DNA of 63,973 nucleotides, the filler included. It is 12 parts of 12 records of this genome, joined end to end, with 100 filler letters (N's around TTAATTAATTAA, not from the genome) between each part and the next. Parts side by side here need not be neighbours in the genome. Positions count along the whole stretch, not along the records: positions 47,730 to 52,022 come from SRR15195285_2207; positions 52,123 to 56,451 come from SRR15195285_2209; positions 56,552 to 60,427 come from SRR15195285_2213; 9 more parts are not named here. One strand, 5' to 3'. The notes beneath the pieces are model-generated. The model was not told where the DNA came from and searched no databases. It worked only from the letters and a program-made list of their open reading frames with translations. The first letter of the stretch is position 1. Each line of letters starts with the position of its first letter. Below, in pieces: positions 47,857 through 58,964 of the stretch. Made by a program: the position numbers and the translations under genes.

Positions 47857-48462
47857 GTGCCAGGCAGTGGTATGGAGAATGCCAATCCGTTTGCTGGGTT
47901 TGATTGGATGGCGAAGGACTTAGCACAGCGCCGAAACGGGCAAAGCGGGATGATGGAGGCCGAGGAGGAACAAGTTCGGGACAACTCGTCAGGAACTGGT
48001 CAGCAGCATGTACACGATGTACACGATGGTCTCCAGAAGGAGAAGCCGGCGCAGATGGATAAAGCAAGCTCGCTGACAACCAACTCTGCGTCGACTGCGG
48101 AGGCGCCTGGTGCAACTTCCGCGCAAGTCGATATTGGCACCACTCCCAATCCAGGGGAGAATACCAATGCCACTGCGGTTCCGACAATCGCACCCGTGGC
48201 ACTAAAAGTGAGTCCAATTGCTGCTGAGACTGGATTCGACTTCGGTGTCCCAGGCTGTCATCATCTGCCCGTCTCGAGCAGCACTGCTTCGCTGGATGGT
48301 GTCGAAGACGGCAATGGTGGTGGCGCAGCAGCCTGCGACTCAGCAACCCACACCACTGGACACGCTGCCACTGCACATGTCAATGCTACGACGCCAGTGG
48401 GCGACAGCTCGGGCAGTCCCATGCACTCCCCAGATAATCCCCACCCACAGCTAACTGATTGA
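47857..48462 (+). CDS. Low-complexity hypothetical protein
   Basis: 201-aa Ala/Thr/Gly-rich ORF with no recognisable domain. Confidence 0.3.
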   Translation: MPGSGMENANPFAGFDWMAKDLAQRRNGQSGMMEAEEEQVRDNSSGTGQQHVHDVHDGLQKEKPAQMDKASSLTTNSASTAEAPGATSAQVDIGTTPNPGENTNATAVPTIAPVALKVSPIAAETGFDFGVPGCHHLPVSSSTASLDGVEDGNGGGAAACDSATHTTGHAATAHVNATTPVGDSSGSPMHSPDNPHPQLTD

Positions 48463-48600
48463 GCCCAGAATACTACTCAGAGTATACTCCGAGAAAATGA
48501 AGGACATGGATCACGCTTCAGGCCTGTTCGATCCACACATTCATTCCATGTGCCCAGCCCTATCTATCGACCAAGACGCTCGCGCTATCTTTCTTCCGTC

Positions 48601-48756
48601 TGTGGGTTGGCACTGGACTTCGAGTCTACTGATTTACGGAATGATGAGGATGTCGTGCGTGAGGCGGTGTAGCAAAACGATATGGCGCTCGAGTTTGCAT
48701 CTCGCGACCTTCGGGGCAACCAGGACATTGTAAAAGATGCCATCGTGTTGACATAG
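48601..48756 (+). pseudogene. DUF4116-like repeat fragment with an internal stop
   Basis: GLALDFESTDLRNDEDVVREAV*QNDMALEFASRDLRGNQDIVKDAI, with TAG at 48670-48672. Confidence 0.6.
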
Positions 48757-48997
48757 GCAAAAGGCCTTTTGCCTTCTGTCACAGTATGGGTGTATGGCTG
48801 TCCACCGGATTCCTAAGTTGGTTGATTGGCTAGGGTCCTAATGTTGTTGACATATGTTGTTGACATTGCATTACATTGCACAAAGTAGCCGGGCAGCTGA
48901 TTTCATGCGCCCTGCAGGTCCATTCCGTTGGCAGCTGCCACGAGTGTTGGCAATGACAACGGGTAGTCGAGGACGATTTGCCCGATGGTGGGCTGCA

Positions 48998-49489
48998 TTA
49001 TGGTATGGGGAGTAAAACGAACGGGTGGGTTACCGGCCATAGCGTTGGCGAGCCGGTTGTCCACGTATCAGACTCGACGTCGTAAATTTGGACCATGTCG
49101 TCTTCGTCGTACGGGGAGTATGTCCTGTAACCACCAGCTACAACAAGCCGACTGCCGATGATGCCTGCGCTGGATTCGGTGCGTGGTACAGGAATCGGGT
49201 TTCCAGTGGACCAGGTACTTGTTTCAATATCGAAGATCTCCAGCACGTCTAATGGCGCGCCAGAACTAGGCTGCCCACCGACCACGAAAATCTTGGTGTT
49301 AGTGCTGGCGACCATCAGATCGCGGCGAGCTGTTGGCATGGGTGGCTGTGAGATCCACACGGCTGTGGGATCATTCAGGTCGAGTGACTCCATGACGGAG
49401 AGCCTGGCACTCGTGTGTGGTTGGTAGCCACCGACAATGTACGCAATTCCGTTGACCGTGGTACCGGCAGCGCGTGAGCGCGCTTGCAA
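48998..49489 (-). CDS. Kelch-repeat fragment (about 3 blades)
   Basis: YIVGGY, MPTARRD...IFVVGG...EIFDIETSTW and LVVAGGY...IYDVESDTW. No ATG start and no full propeller seen. Confidence 0.65.
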   Translation of the reverse strand: MQARSRAAGTTVNGIAYIVGGYQPHTSARLSVMESLDLNDPTAVWISQPPMPTARRDLMVASTNTKIFVVGGQPSSGAPLDVLEIFDIETSTWSTGNPIPVPRTESSAGIIGSRLVVAGGYRTYSPYDEDDMVQIYDVESDTWTTGSPTLWPVTHPFVLLPIP

Positions 49490-49869
49490 CAGGTCGGGTC
49501 AGCTGGGAAGATATTTCCGGCGAGGATGGAGAGATCGATCGCGCTCTTTCCTTTTCGAAGCCATCTGAAGTTCCTCTGTTCTCTCCGTTCAAGACGTGCA
49601 AGAACTCGGAGGATGGGATGTTCGAATGTATAGACGAAGATGACGTGGAGAGACATGTCAACTTGTCTCGCCCGGTCCGACAACTACTACGGATGGGCGA
49701 AGATTGCGTGTAAGTGGCGCTTGGTTTTGCTTCCACAGACAAGACGCCATTGCCGGCAAGTACTGTTGTGCTCTCGTCATTGAATCGCATGCGTTGTCGA
49801 AGGCATGTCGCTGATGATGTTTTCTGAGCGTGCACTGGCGTTGGTGTTGTGCCCTGCGTCGCGCGTTGC

Positions 49870-50248
49870 ACACCCAGACGAGAATTTGGGCTTCATGTTT
49901 GCCACGGGCAAGATGCACGGCGGCCGGCAGCTAGCAAACGTGCAGATTCGTATCGGAGGGCCGCGAGAGACGGACGTCGCCGCGTGCGAGATGGGCGATC
50001 TTCGTCAACTACGTCGTGCTCTCGGTGCATACATGAGCAAGCGCGACCTGCAGCAGATGGTCGTGAAGTGCATCGAGACAGAAGACATCACAACGGAGTA
50101 TGGAGTGCCCTTTCAGATCTTCTACGGCATCTCAGGCAATGACCATGCTTTTTGGTCAATAGCAAACGCCCGAAAAGTCATCGGCTATGAGCCAGAGGAC
50201 AACAGCGCGATTCGATTCGGTACGATGGCCACTGCACGGCAGCAGTGA
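49870..50248 (+). pseudogene. C-terminal half of an NAD-dependent epimerase/dehydrogenase (uronate dehydrogenase-like)
   Basis: QIRIGG...YMSKRDLQQMVVKCIE...IFYGISGNDHAFWSIANARKVIGYEPEDNS. No Rossmann GxxGxxG or YxxxK segment seen upstream. Confidence 0.55.
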
Positions 50249-50573
50249 ACACCAGCCAACCATGTGGATTCATGCAGCTTCTATTTCTGCGCGCGAGTCG
50301 CTCACCCGCTGCATGCTTTTGCAGCCGCAGAGATCTCTGACCACGTGGCGGCGGCCACAGGCGGCTCCAAACTGTGAACTTTGTTTCTTTAATGAATGTT
50401 GCACACAAAGTGCATAGCTACGTTCGCGCGGAAGGCTGGGAGAGCGACGGAGGCCAGAGGGAGTGCAAGGCACTATCTTGCCGCATCGGCTGTGCAGCGG
50501 TACCATCCCACCAGTCTGGGTACTGCATTTCTCGCCAAGGTTCGAAAGCAAGGCGCTTGCATTTGCTCAACTC

Positions 50574-51880
50574 CTAGAGACGGTACGCCTTCACCGCGTT
50601 GGTCTGGAAGACGGCCTTGACCTGCTCCTCTGTCGCGCCCGCACGCTCGCATGCCGCCTTGAGCAGATTTCCGACTTTGCAGTACTCGTCTCCCATGGCC
50701 TCCGACACGAACCCTGCAGGGGCACACCAAAGTCAGTACGCATGACACGTGGCTATGCTGAACAAACAAGACAGGCGCAAAAGAAGCGCCACTGGGCATG
50801 GTCTTACAGTTTGACTCGTACAGCACTCTATCGAACCCTATCCAGCACAGCGTGGCAATGTTAACCCAAATGTCCATTTCGAACAGGGTGTCAAATCTAC
50901 TCCCGGTCGCTTGTTCGCGCGCGCGCGCGCGCGCTCTCTCCTCGTTCTGTTCGCTTAGCGTGCAGCTAGCACTGGGCACAAGAAAAAGCAGCAGGGACGG
51001 CAAACCGTACCAAATGCTGCAATGGCGCGGTCCATGTAGGCGCCAGGATCTTCAACGCCCCATTCCTCCACCGCGCCCATCTTGCAGTAGCAGTTCGGCA
51101 GCGCACCGAGTTTGTCCATGGCGGGGCCCCAGGCGTCCATCTCGCCGCCGTCGTTGCCATTGTGTGCCATGTGGTCGATGACAAACGTCATGTCCGGGAA
51201 CTTGGCGCAGCATTCGGCAAGGTTCGGCGCCATGGTCGGGTTACAGCAGAATTCCCAGTGGAGGCCGGCCGCCTGTAGCGCCGCCAGGCCCTCGTGGAAC
51301 TTGGCGTCTAGGCAGGCGTCAGGCGCGTTGTTGTCCGAGGCCGGGAACACCATGCGCGCGCCCTTCAGGCCGGATGGGAGAGCGCCGCTCTCGTCCTTCA
51401 CGGCATCAAGGAACTCCGTGACGGCTGCGGCGCCGTGCTGCGCGTAGATCTGGGCACAGAATGCGACGCATTTCGAGTTGGGGTCGTCGACCATGGACTG
51501 CACCCACTTGGCCTCGTCCGCCGGGGAGCGGTTGAAGCACTCCAGGAAGACGTAAGACTTGATCTCGATGCCACCCGCGGCGGCGCTCTTCAGCATGTCC
51601 TCCTCTGACCAGTCCCGCTGGAAGTTCTCGCCCTCGCCCTGCACCCACTCGTTCGTCAGCCCGCCGCTGAACATCTTGCACAGGTGCACATCTGCCACAC
51701 GCCACCACCACCACCACGCATCCTGTCAATCTCAGCGGCTCTGCTCGCCGCCTATCCCAACACGGAGAGACAGACGCAGAAACCCACACACCGCCCACAC
51801 ACAGCACACAGACAGGGAGCTAGCCCGCCAGTACATGGGAGGGTGATTAGGGGCAACGCACGCGTGTCGATGACCTCCAT
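50574..51880 (-). CDS. Amidohydrolase-2 family, L-fuconolactonase-like, multi-exon
   Basis: Spliced MEVIDTHVHL, FPDMTFVIDHMA, LPNCYCKMG, AFGFDRVLYESNW and VFQTNAVKAYRL*. Confidence 0.85.
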
Positions 51881-52122
51881 CGTCCCGTCCCGCTCCGTCG
51901 TCCCCCCCCCCCACAGCCAGGGCGGCCGCGCGGCACCGCCGATTCCAACGTCCCAATGGGATTTCAACGGGATTTCACTAGTGATCTTCCGAAAAATGCA
52001 GCGACTCGAGGTGGTCAGAGGGNNNNNNNNNNNNNNNNNNNNNNNNNNNNNNNNNNNNNNNNNNNNTTAATTAATTAANNNNNNNNNNNNNNNNNNNNNN
52101 NNNNNNNNNNNNNNNNNNNNNN

Positions 52123-54882
52123 CAGCAGCAGCAGCAGCAGCAGCAGCCACGTCGTCGACGCGACCAGCAGCTGCGATCGCGGCCACCAAGCGCTGGCGTG
52201 CTGAAAATGAGAGCTGATGCGAAAAAGCTGCCCATCTCGATGGCCAAAGAACGCTTGCTTGCGGCGATCCAGCGCCAGCCTGTGACAATCATTGTGGGCG
52301 AGACAGGGAGCGGGAAGACGACACAGTTGCCGCAGTTTCTACTCGAGGCGGGGTATGCAGCACGGGGCAAAATGATTGGCGTCACCCAGCCACGGCGGGT
52401 AGCCGGTAGGCACCACGACATCATCGTCTGGCTCCTTGCCATTCTGTTTTGTCTTTGCATTCACTACAGAGTTACTGAGGCCAGTCTGCGTGCGACCGGC
52501 CAGCCATATCTGTGGCGGGTCGCGTCGCGAAGGAGCAGGGCCAGGCGCTAGGTAAAACGGTCGGCTACACGATTCGCTTTGACGATAAGAGTTCTCGGTC
52601 TACACGGGTATGCACAGGACGGTACAACTTTGCTCACTTGTACCAAACCTTCTAACTGTGATGTGTGTGGTGCCTTCGCCACCGTTCTTCAGATCAAATA
52701 CTTGACCGACGGCATGCTGCTTCGCGAAGCTCTGACTGATCGACACCTGGAGCAGTATTCGGTCATTGTTTTAGATGAGGCTCATGAGCGGACAGTGAGC
52801 ACTGATGTGCTGTTCGCGCTGGTGAAACGCGAGCTGACACTACAACAACGGCAGCGGCAGCAGCAGAACGCGGAGGAGGAACTGGTTGAACGAGGTCCAC
52901 TAGACCAATTGCAGCTGCGGGTCGTGGTTATGTCGGCCACATTGGAAGCTGACAAGTACTCAACGTACTTTGACGGAGCAGGAATCGAATACGTAGAGGG
53001 TCGGCAATTTCCAGTGTCCCTGATGTATACTCCAGCGCCAGAAAGTGACTTTATCGATGGTACGCTGATCACAACCATACAGGTCCACCTGACGCAGCCC
53101 CTAGACGGCGACATCCTGGTGTTTCTGCCAGGCCAGGAAGACATCGAGGCACTGCAACGCTTGATCGAACAGAAGCTGAAAGAGTTGCCGTCTGACGTGC
53201 CGAGTCTTCTCGTCCGCGTGCTTTATGCCGCACTCCCACAAGACCAACAGATGAGGGCATTCGACGAGACGCCGCCTGGTTGCCGGAAGGTCATCATTGC
53301 CACGAACATTGCTGAAACCTCTTTAACTCTTAGCGGGTTGCGATATGTGATCGATTGCGGGCTAGTTAAGCAGCGCACGCATTCTACGACTGGCATGGAC
53401 GTCTTGCAGACCGCTCCAATTTCGCAAGCGCAGGCCCGACAGCGCAGTGGCAGAGCTGGTCGGGAAGCGCCGGGCTCGTGCTATCGCGTGTACACTGAAG
53501 CTGACTACAGCGAGCTAGCGCCAACAACCACGCCAGAGATCATTCGGGCGGATCTAGCGACAGTGATGCTCCAACTTCTTTCTATGGGGGTCGACAACCC
53601 ACTGGAATTTGACTTTCTAGACACGCCGCGCAAGGAATCAACCGTACGTTACCTCCATTTCATGCCTCTCGCTATGTCATGCACCTGAACCACACCGGCT
53701 CGTTGATGCAACAAATCATGACTGTGGAATGAGACGTATGTGTGACTGTTTGTGTGTCTATTCGTGCGTGCGTGTATGTAAAAATCATGTATGCTCGTTT
53801 CTAGGTTCAAGCTATGGAACATCTTCATGCTTTAGGGGCAGTGGACAAGCGATTTTCCTTGACCACGAAGGGTCGGAAGATGGCCGATTTTCCTCTGGCC
53901 CCGATCTATGCCTCGATGTTACTACGATCAGCAGAATTTGGCTGCACCGAGGTTCGTTCTGAACTTTTGTGTTGTTCTGTCCTTTTATGTTGCCAAACAC
54001 GACCCACACCAACAAAACCCTTAGACAGGTCATCCTTTTTTTCTATTGCATTCGCTCCTTTCCAACGCACTTGTTACGCAGGAGGCCATCACTGTGGTGG
54101 CATTGCTTTCTGCTGACAACATTTGGTACAACCCAAGCAGCCAATCGCAACGTGCGGAAGCAGAAGCTCGGCATCGGCTACTATCCGACCCACATGGTGA
54201 CCACCTTTCGCTTCTTGCTGTGTGGCGTTCGTACACCGCATACCGCAGCGGAGAGTTGCAGCTCCAGAGTGGATCAGGCAGGTCAGGCAGCATCGAAGAC
54301 TGGTGCCGAGAAAATTTCATAAATGCTCGGTCCATGAAGAAGGCGGGCGAAGTGCGAAAGCAGCTACAGACCCTTTGCAACAGACATGAGGTTGCGATAA
54401 CGTCATGTGGCGACGATCTCGATTGTTTGCGTAAATGCTTGGCAGCAGGCCTGTTCCTTCATGTGGCCCTGCGTGGAGATACCGGGCAATATGCTACGCT
54501 GGCGGAACACCATATTGTTTACATTCACCCAACTTCTGTTCTAAAGCATTCGGCAAGGAAGCCCTCGCACTTGGTCTTCAGTGAGGTGCGTGCAGCACGC
54601 CGGCGTTTGCTGTGCATCTGATCGTTAGCGCGCAAGGGCTTGTTGGGTAAAGCGTCCAGCTGAAATCGCGTGGTCGCGTGCTCGTGGTCTGTGCAGCTCG
54701 TACTGACGAGCAGGCAGTACCTGCGCTTCGTCACGGCCATTGAACCAGAGTGGCTTCTCGAGTTTGCGCCACATTACGTGCGGAAGCATCAAAATGCAGG
54801 CATGGCTCAGCGCAAGGATCAAAAAGATGGCTTCCGAAGTTCAAACGCTTCATCTGCTGCGGTAGACCGAAGTGGTTGGTAG
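52123..54882 (+). CDS. DHX33: DEAH-box RNA helicase (DHX33/Prp43-type), multi-exon, 5' end possibly truncated
   Basis: [31 protein letters not shown] and QRSGRAGR, plus HA2 and OB-fold exons. The orthologue assignment is tentative. Confidence 0.85.
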
Positions 54883-55047
54883 GCAACGCGGCCTTGTACT
54901 CAAGTAGTCGGAATGCAACTACAGCTATCCTCAGCAGCTACAAGGAGTGCACTGTCTGCGTAAATTCGATGGTCTGGCAAGAAAGATACTTGCAGGCTTG
55001 AGTGCACGAAATTCACATTGTGGCGATCACGCTTTTATATACCACGC

Positions 55048-56451
55048 TCACGCACACCTTTGTGCAACAATTTTCTGGCCATGCTCTGCGTATTCCTCCT
55101 TGCTAATCCACAGCTGGTGGAACGTCCCCAACGATGACAATATTGAACCTCCGATCCAGCTGCTGTAGCGCTGTTCGACCTCCTGCAACACGCATGGGCA
55201 GCCGCCGGGGAGGCCTTAGCACAGGAGCACACGAATAGCAAACGAGAAAACCCAATGTACAGCCATTCCGTGGACAGCATGGCAGGGCGCATCTATTCAG
55301 AATCGTTCGGTGCGAAAATGGTGCGCGCACCGTGCTTGGCGTATGGAATTTGACCTTCACACGCTGCGGCAGTCGGGTACCCAGGATTCGCCCCAATCTC
55401 TGCGAAAAGCCAGGCCACAGCGTATTGCCACCGGAGGCAATTATATTCCCGTAGAGCTCACGTTTCAGATCCACATCCACCTTGTTCACTGCTTGCTCTA
55501 CTAAGTCGGGAAACGTTAGTGCTGTCGGTGCCGTGCCGACTGAAACGGCCCCTGGCTTAGACTCGTCGGACCCCGGCGCCCCGGGCGTCTCCCCCGATCT
55601 AGTAAACATTTTTTCTGCCAGTCCCCAGACAAGGTCAGCCTGTAGATCGACGGTGCTTCCGTCTGGCATTTCGTACTTCTCGACATCTTCGCTGACCGCT
55701 ATCAAATGTGGATACAGGGACGTCCGACAGCAGCGTGTCTTCATGTCTTTGGCAAGGTCGAGCATCCAGAACTTCCGGAAGCTAGAACTGGTAAGACTGG
55801 GATCTACGTTAGACACTGCGAACGCGCCCGACCCCGGGGGAAACTCGCTGCGCACGAAAGTCGTGCGCGGCCGCAGAACGTCGCCTTTGGCCTGCAGAGT
55901 CTGAACGAGCAAGTCGCCCAGCGCGTCGCCAGTGATTGTGCTACGGGTGAGACCCTTCGTCATCACGTGGCCCTCGTAGACCGGCACGGCCGACGTAGTC
56001 GTGCCACCCGACTTGAGCACGAGGGAGGTCGGGCGCCCAAACGCAAACGAGGTGAGCACCGCATTGTTTGCCAGGTAGACAGCGGGCGGAGCATGCTTCT
56101 CGAACATGAGCTGCACTGTCTTCGCACGAATATCTACCGTTGTGTGCGTCGGCTCGGAAAGCAACAGTGGGTGCTCCGCGGGGTTGCTGCGAAGCGTGCC
56201 GATTAACGCGTGGTGCCACAGCCGCTCTACTGCGTCCCAGTTGTTGATGAGTCCGTCTGCCAGCGCTGGTCGCAGCTCCAGCCCAGCCCGAGGCAGCCCG
56301 AGTTGCTGGTCGATGAGCGTCTTCTGCGGAGCCTTACCCATCTGCTTCGCAGCTTCGGCGGCGTCTTCTGGCAGGAAGCCAACGACAGATGGTATGACGC
56401 ACCGGGGCCCTTCCTCCCCGCCGTACCCGCAGCGAGTCGTCGTCCCCCCCA
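55048..56451 (-). CDS. ARP4: Nuclear actin-related protein ARP4-like, 5'-partial
   Basis: [41 protein letters not shown] and a last exon [28 protein letters not shown]. Confidence 0.8.
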
Positions 56452-56551
56452 NNNNNNNNNNNNNNNNNNNNNNNNNNNNNNNNNNNNNNNNNNNNTTAAT
56501 TAATTAANNNNNNNNNNNNNNNNNNNNNNNNNNNNNNNNNNNNNNNNNNNN

Positions 56552-57172
56552 AGGACATCGAGGACGAGGCTGCCTACAACGAATTCCTCGACAGCTCTGA
56601 GGGATCCGACGATTCCGAAGAGGAAGACGCCGATGGCGCCGCCGCCGATGAGGAGCAGGACTCCGAGGAATCTGAGGACGAAGACGAAGACGATGACGAT
56701 GAGGATGAGGACAGCGACGCAGACGATGACTCGGTACGCCAGCCCAGCGCGCAGTGATCTCTTCCTCGCTAACTGCCACGCTCCGCCTCAGGAGAGCGAC
56801 GTCGAAATTGAAGACGACGAGGGCGAGGACGAGAATGAGGACGAAGATGAGGACAAGCAGGTCGATGACTACAGCAAGATGAAGCTGAAGGAGCTGAAGG
56901 AGCTGTGCAAGGAGAAGAGGCTTCCCGTCAAAGGCAAGAAGGACGAGCTCATCGCACGCCTGCAAGAGCACAGCGAGGTACGATCTTTTCTTCTTTTTTG
57001 TCCACCACTTCTCTACTTCGCAGCTGAAAGTGAGCTTGTGCAGGATACTGTTGACAACGACGAGAAGGAGGAAGAGGAGGAGGAGACTCCGCCGCCCGCT
57101 CCGAAGAAGGACAAGAAAAAGCGCAAGTCTGGTGACGACGGAAAGAAGAACAAAAAGAAGAAGCAGAAGTGA
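56552..57172 (+). CDS. 5'-partial acidic SAP-domain nuclear protein (host; 2 introns)
   Basis: SAP YSKMKLKELKELCKEKRLPVKGKKDELIARL. Introns at 56734-56791 (GCTAAC branch site) and 56978-57043. Lys-rich NLS-like tail. Confidence 0.8.
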   Translation, partial: RTSRTRLPTTNSSTALRDPTIPKRKTPMAPPPMRSRTPRNLRTKTKTMTMRMRTATQTMTRYASPARSDLFLANCHAPPQESDVEIEDDEGEDENEDEDEDKQVDDYSKMKLKELKELCKEKRLPVKGKKDELIARLQEHSEVRSFLLFCPPLLYFAAESELVQDTVDNDEKEEEEEETPPPAPKKDKKKRKSGDDGKKNKKKKQK

Positions 57173-57294
57173 GCTCGCCAGCTTGCCTAGAACACAGTAG
57201 AAACGGATGGAAATGGGCCCGGCGCCAACGTGTGTATTCCCGGGGGGAAGCCGTAAATGTACTATGTTCTCACAACTTCCTTCTGCTTGTACAC

Positions 57295-57570
57295 ATGCTT
57301 GTCAGCGCGTGCGAGTCCACAAGTGAAAATGAAGAGCCCACTGCCTCTGACAACGAATTCATTGATGATAGCGACGTAGAGTCCGATCATCCTGACAGCT
57401 ACGCCTCTGGAAGCGAAACTGAAGATCTCCTAAGCGAAGAAGAACTGACTGACATCGATGCGAACAACGTCGTGAGCTGTAAGCGTGCGCGCCGCCAGAC
57501 AGAGTTCTACGTAGATTCTGATGCAGAGGAGTTGATGGCAGAGAGCGATGACGACGGCACGCAAGGTTGA
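57295..57570 (+). CDS. Small acidic protein with a CHZ (Chz1/HIRIP3)-like motif
   Basis: 91 aa; SDNEFIDDSD and EELTDIDANNVVSCKRARRQTEFY. Confidence 0.5.
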   Translation: MLVSACESTSENEEPTASDNEFIDDSDVESDHPDSYASGSETEDLLSEEELTDIDANNVVSCKRARRQTEFYVDSDAEELMAESDDDGTQG

Positions 57571-58059
57571 TCACGACCAGTAGTCGCCGCCTGAACTTCG
57601 GTAGCTAACAAAGATCTCTCTGTCTGCCGGTATAGCTCTCGTAGCGCGCAGAATCGGCGTGGCGCGGCCTGCAGTGAAACGAGCATTGTTCACAAACGGT
57701 GTTCCCCTGGCATCGTTCGCATAGCGAGCGAAAGAGCTGTTGGTTCGGGCACCGTCGAAGCAATCTTGATCGTTCCTACAGACAACGTATTCGCCACGCC
57801 GCATGTTGTACTTTTGTCCGACCTGAGCTCTCGTCAGCCTCTCACCTGTGTAGTCAGCAATTTTAGCACCCGCGGGGAAGCGCCGTGAAGTGAAGAGGCC
57901 AAAGCCTCCGTTTTGCACCTGAGATGGACGTATTCGCAGGCCTTCCTGTGTTTTGGTGTGGATCCAGCACTTCGTACCCCGACACGTCCTGTTCCTACAC
58001 GGAGCGCCAGACTTAGTAGTAGCTACACAGCGATCGCACTCACGCACCGCTTGACTCAT
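57571..58059 (-). CDS. Minimal SET-domain methyltransferase with an N-terminal CCCH-type Zn finger
   Basis: CVATTKSGAPCRN...CWIH, then GFGLFT, YTGE, ARYANDA and EIFVSY...YW. Confidence 0.9.
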   Translation of the reverse strand: MSQAVRECDRCVATTKSGAPCRNRTCRGTKCWIHTKTQEGLRIRPSQVQNGGFGLFTSRRFPAGAKIADYTGERLTRAQVGQKYNMRRGEYVVCRNDQDCFDGARTNSSFARYANDARGTPFVNNARFTAGRATPILRATRAIPADREIFVSYRSSGGDYWS

Positions 58060-58077
58060 TTGTTTGGTACAGGAAAT

Positions 58078-58512
58078 TTAGGCCTGAGCGATGTCTGCTA
58101 TCGCGCCCACGCCACGCGCTCCCAGAGAAACACCTTCCGCAGCAGCTGCAGCTCCTTCTAGGAAAGGTGTGGCTGCAGCACCAATTCCCGTAGCGGCGGC
58201 TAGACCGCCCGCCGTCGCAAGCCCACCTGCAACATTTTGAGAAACTGATGCAATTTCATCAGAAATGTTGCCGACCTTAGACCAATCGATTCCACGTCCG
58301 ATCATCTGTTGCATGTCGTCGTAGAACCCAGGTCCTTCTGGGCTTTTACGCACGTAGAACCTCATGCTTGTGGCGTACGGTACATCAGTAAAGAACCGCG
58401 TGCTGACCGGGTAGCCAGAGCCGCTCTGTTTCCTCATCAACTCATGGACAGACTTCTCTAAAGCTTTGTGTTGGGCACGCGTCAAGCAGACGTATGGCTG
58501 TCGCGTCGGCAT
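58078..58512 (-). CDS. Putative virion membrane-lytic/minor protein (adenovirus pVI-like organisation)
   Basis: QSGSGY and MIGRGI motifs, followed by amphipathic IDWSKVGNISDEIASV and a Gly/Ala-rich hydrophobic tail. Confidence 0.55.
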   Translation of the reverse strand: MPTRQPYVCLTRAQHKALEKSVHELMRKQSGSGYPVSTRFFTDVPYATSMRFYVRKSPEGPGFYDDMQQMIGRGIDWSKVGNISDEIASVSQNVAGGLATAGGLAAATGIGAAATPFLEGAAAAAEGVSLGARGVGAIADIAQA

Positions 58513-58541
58513 CTTTTCCTTTGGGGATCGAAAATAATTCT

Positions 58542-58964
58542 TCAGACGTGCTTTGCCTGATCAAGGCCCAGCTCGCTAGCGACCACTAGCCAAGCTAGAG
58601 AGCCTGCTCCACACCAGTTCTCCCTTACCTTTTGCTCCATGTCTCGCTCGCAGTCTTCTGCATCGATATGGGGAAACAGCTCGCTCACAGGGCGTCCATA
58701 AGAATCCCAAATGACGGTTCTATCGCCATCGCGATACAGTCCACACCAGTGAGTGCCAATAGTACCTTCAGGGTCAGTATTGACAATCATCGCTTCTGTC
58801 TCGTTACGCTGTGCCGGCACACGATCTGACGGAAAGACTCCAACGAAATCAGGCACGTGCTCAAGGCCGTATTCTCGTAAGACATCTTCGCCAGTCGTCT
58901 CGGCGCCTAGAATATCGATTATGTGGCGGAGTTGCCGCCAGAACAGCTTCTCCGCCGCGTGATC
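58542..58964 (-). CDS. Adenain-family (peptidase C5-like) virion maturation cysteine protease, with no AUG in frame
   Basis: FVGVFPSD, IVNTD...GTHW (His 58749-58751), WDSYG and EQ...WCG (Cys 58611-58613). The frame is open back to 58964: DHAAEKLFWRQLRHIIDILGAETTGEDVLREYG. Confidence 0.9.
   Translation of the reverse strand, partial: DHAAEKLFWRQLRHIIDILGAETTGEDVLREYGLEHVPDFVGVFPSDRVPAQRNETEAMIVNTDPEGTIGTHWCGLYRDGDRTVIWDSYGRPVSELFPHIDAEDCERDMEQKVRENWCGAGSLAWLVVASELGLDQAKHV

Noticed and set aside
57196-57200. AGTAG as a Polinton TIR start
   Set aside because: Too short, and the other end of the element is not in the window, so TIR and TSD cannot be tested.
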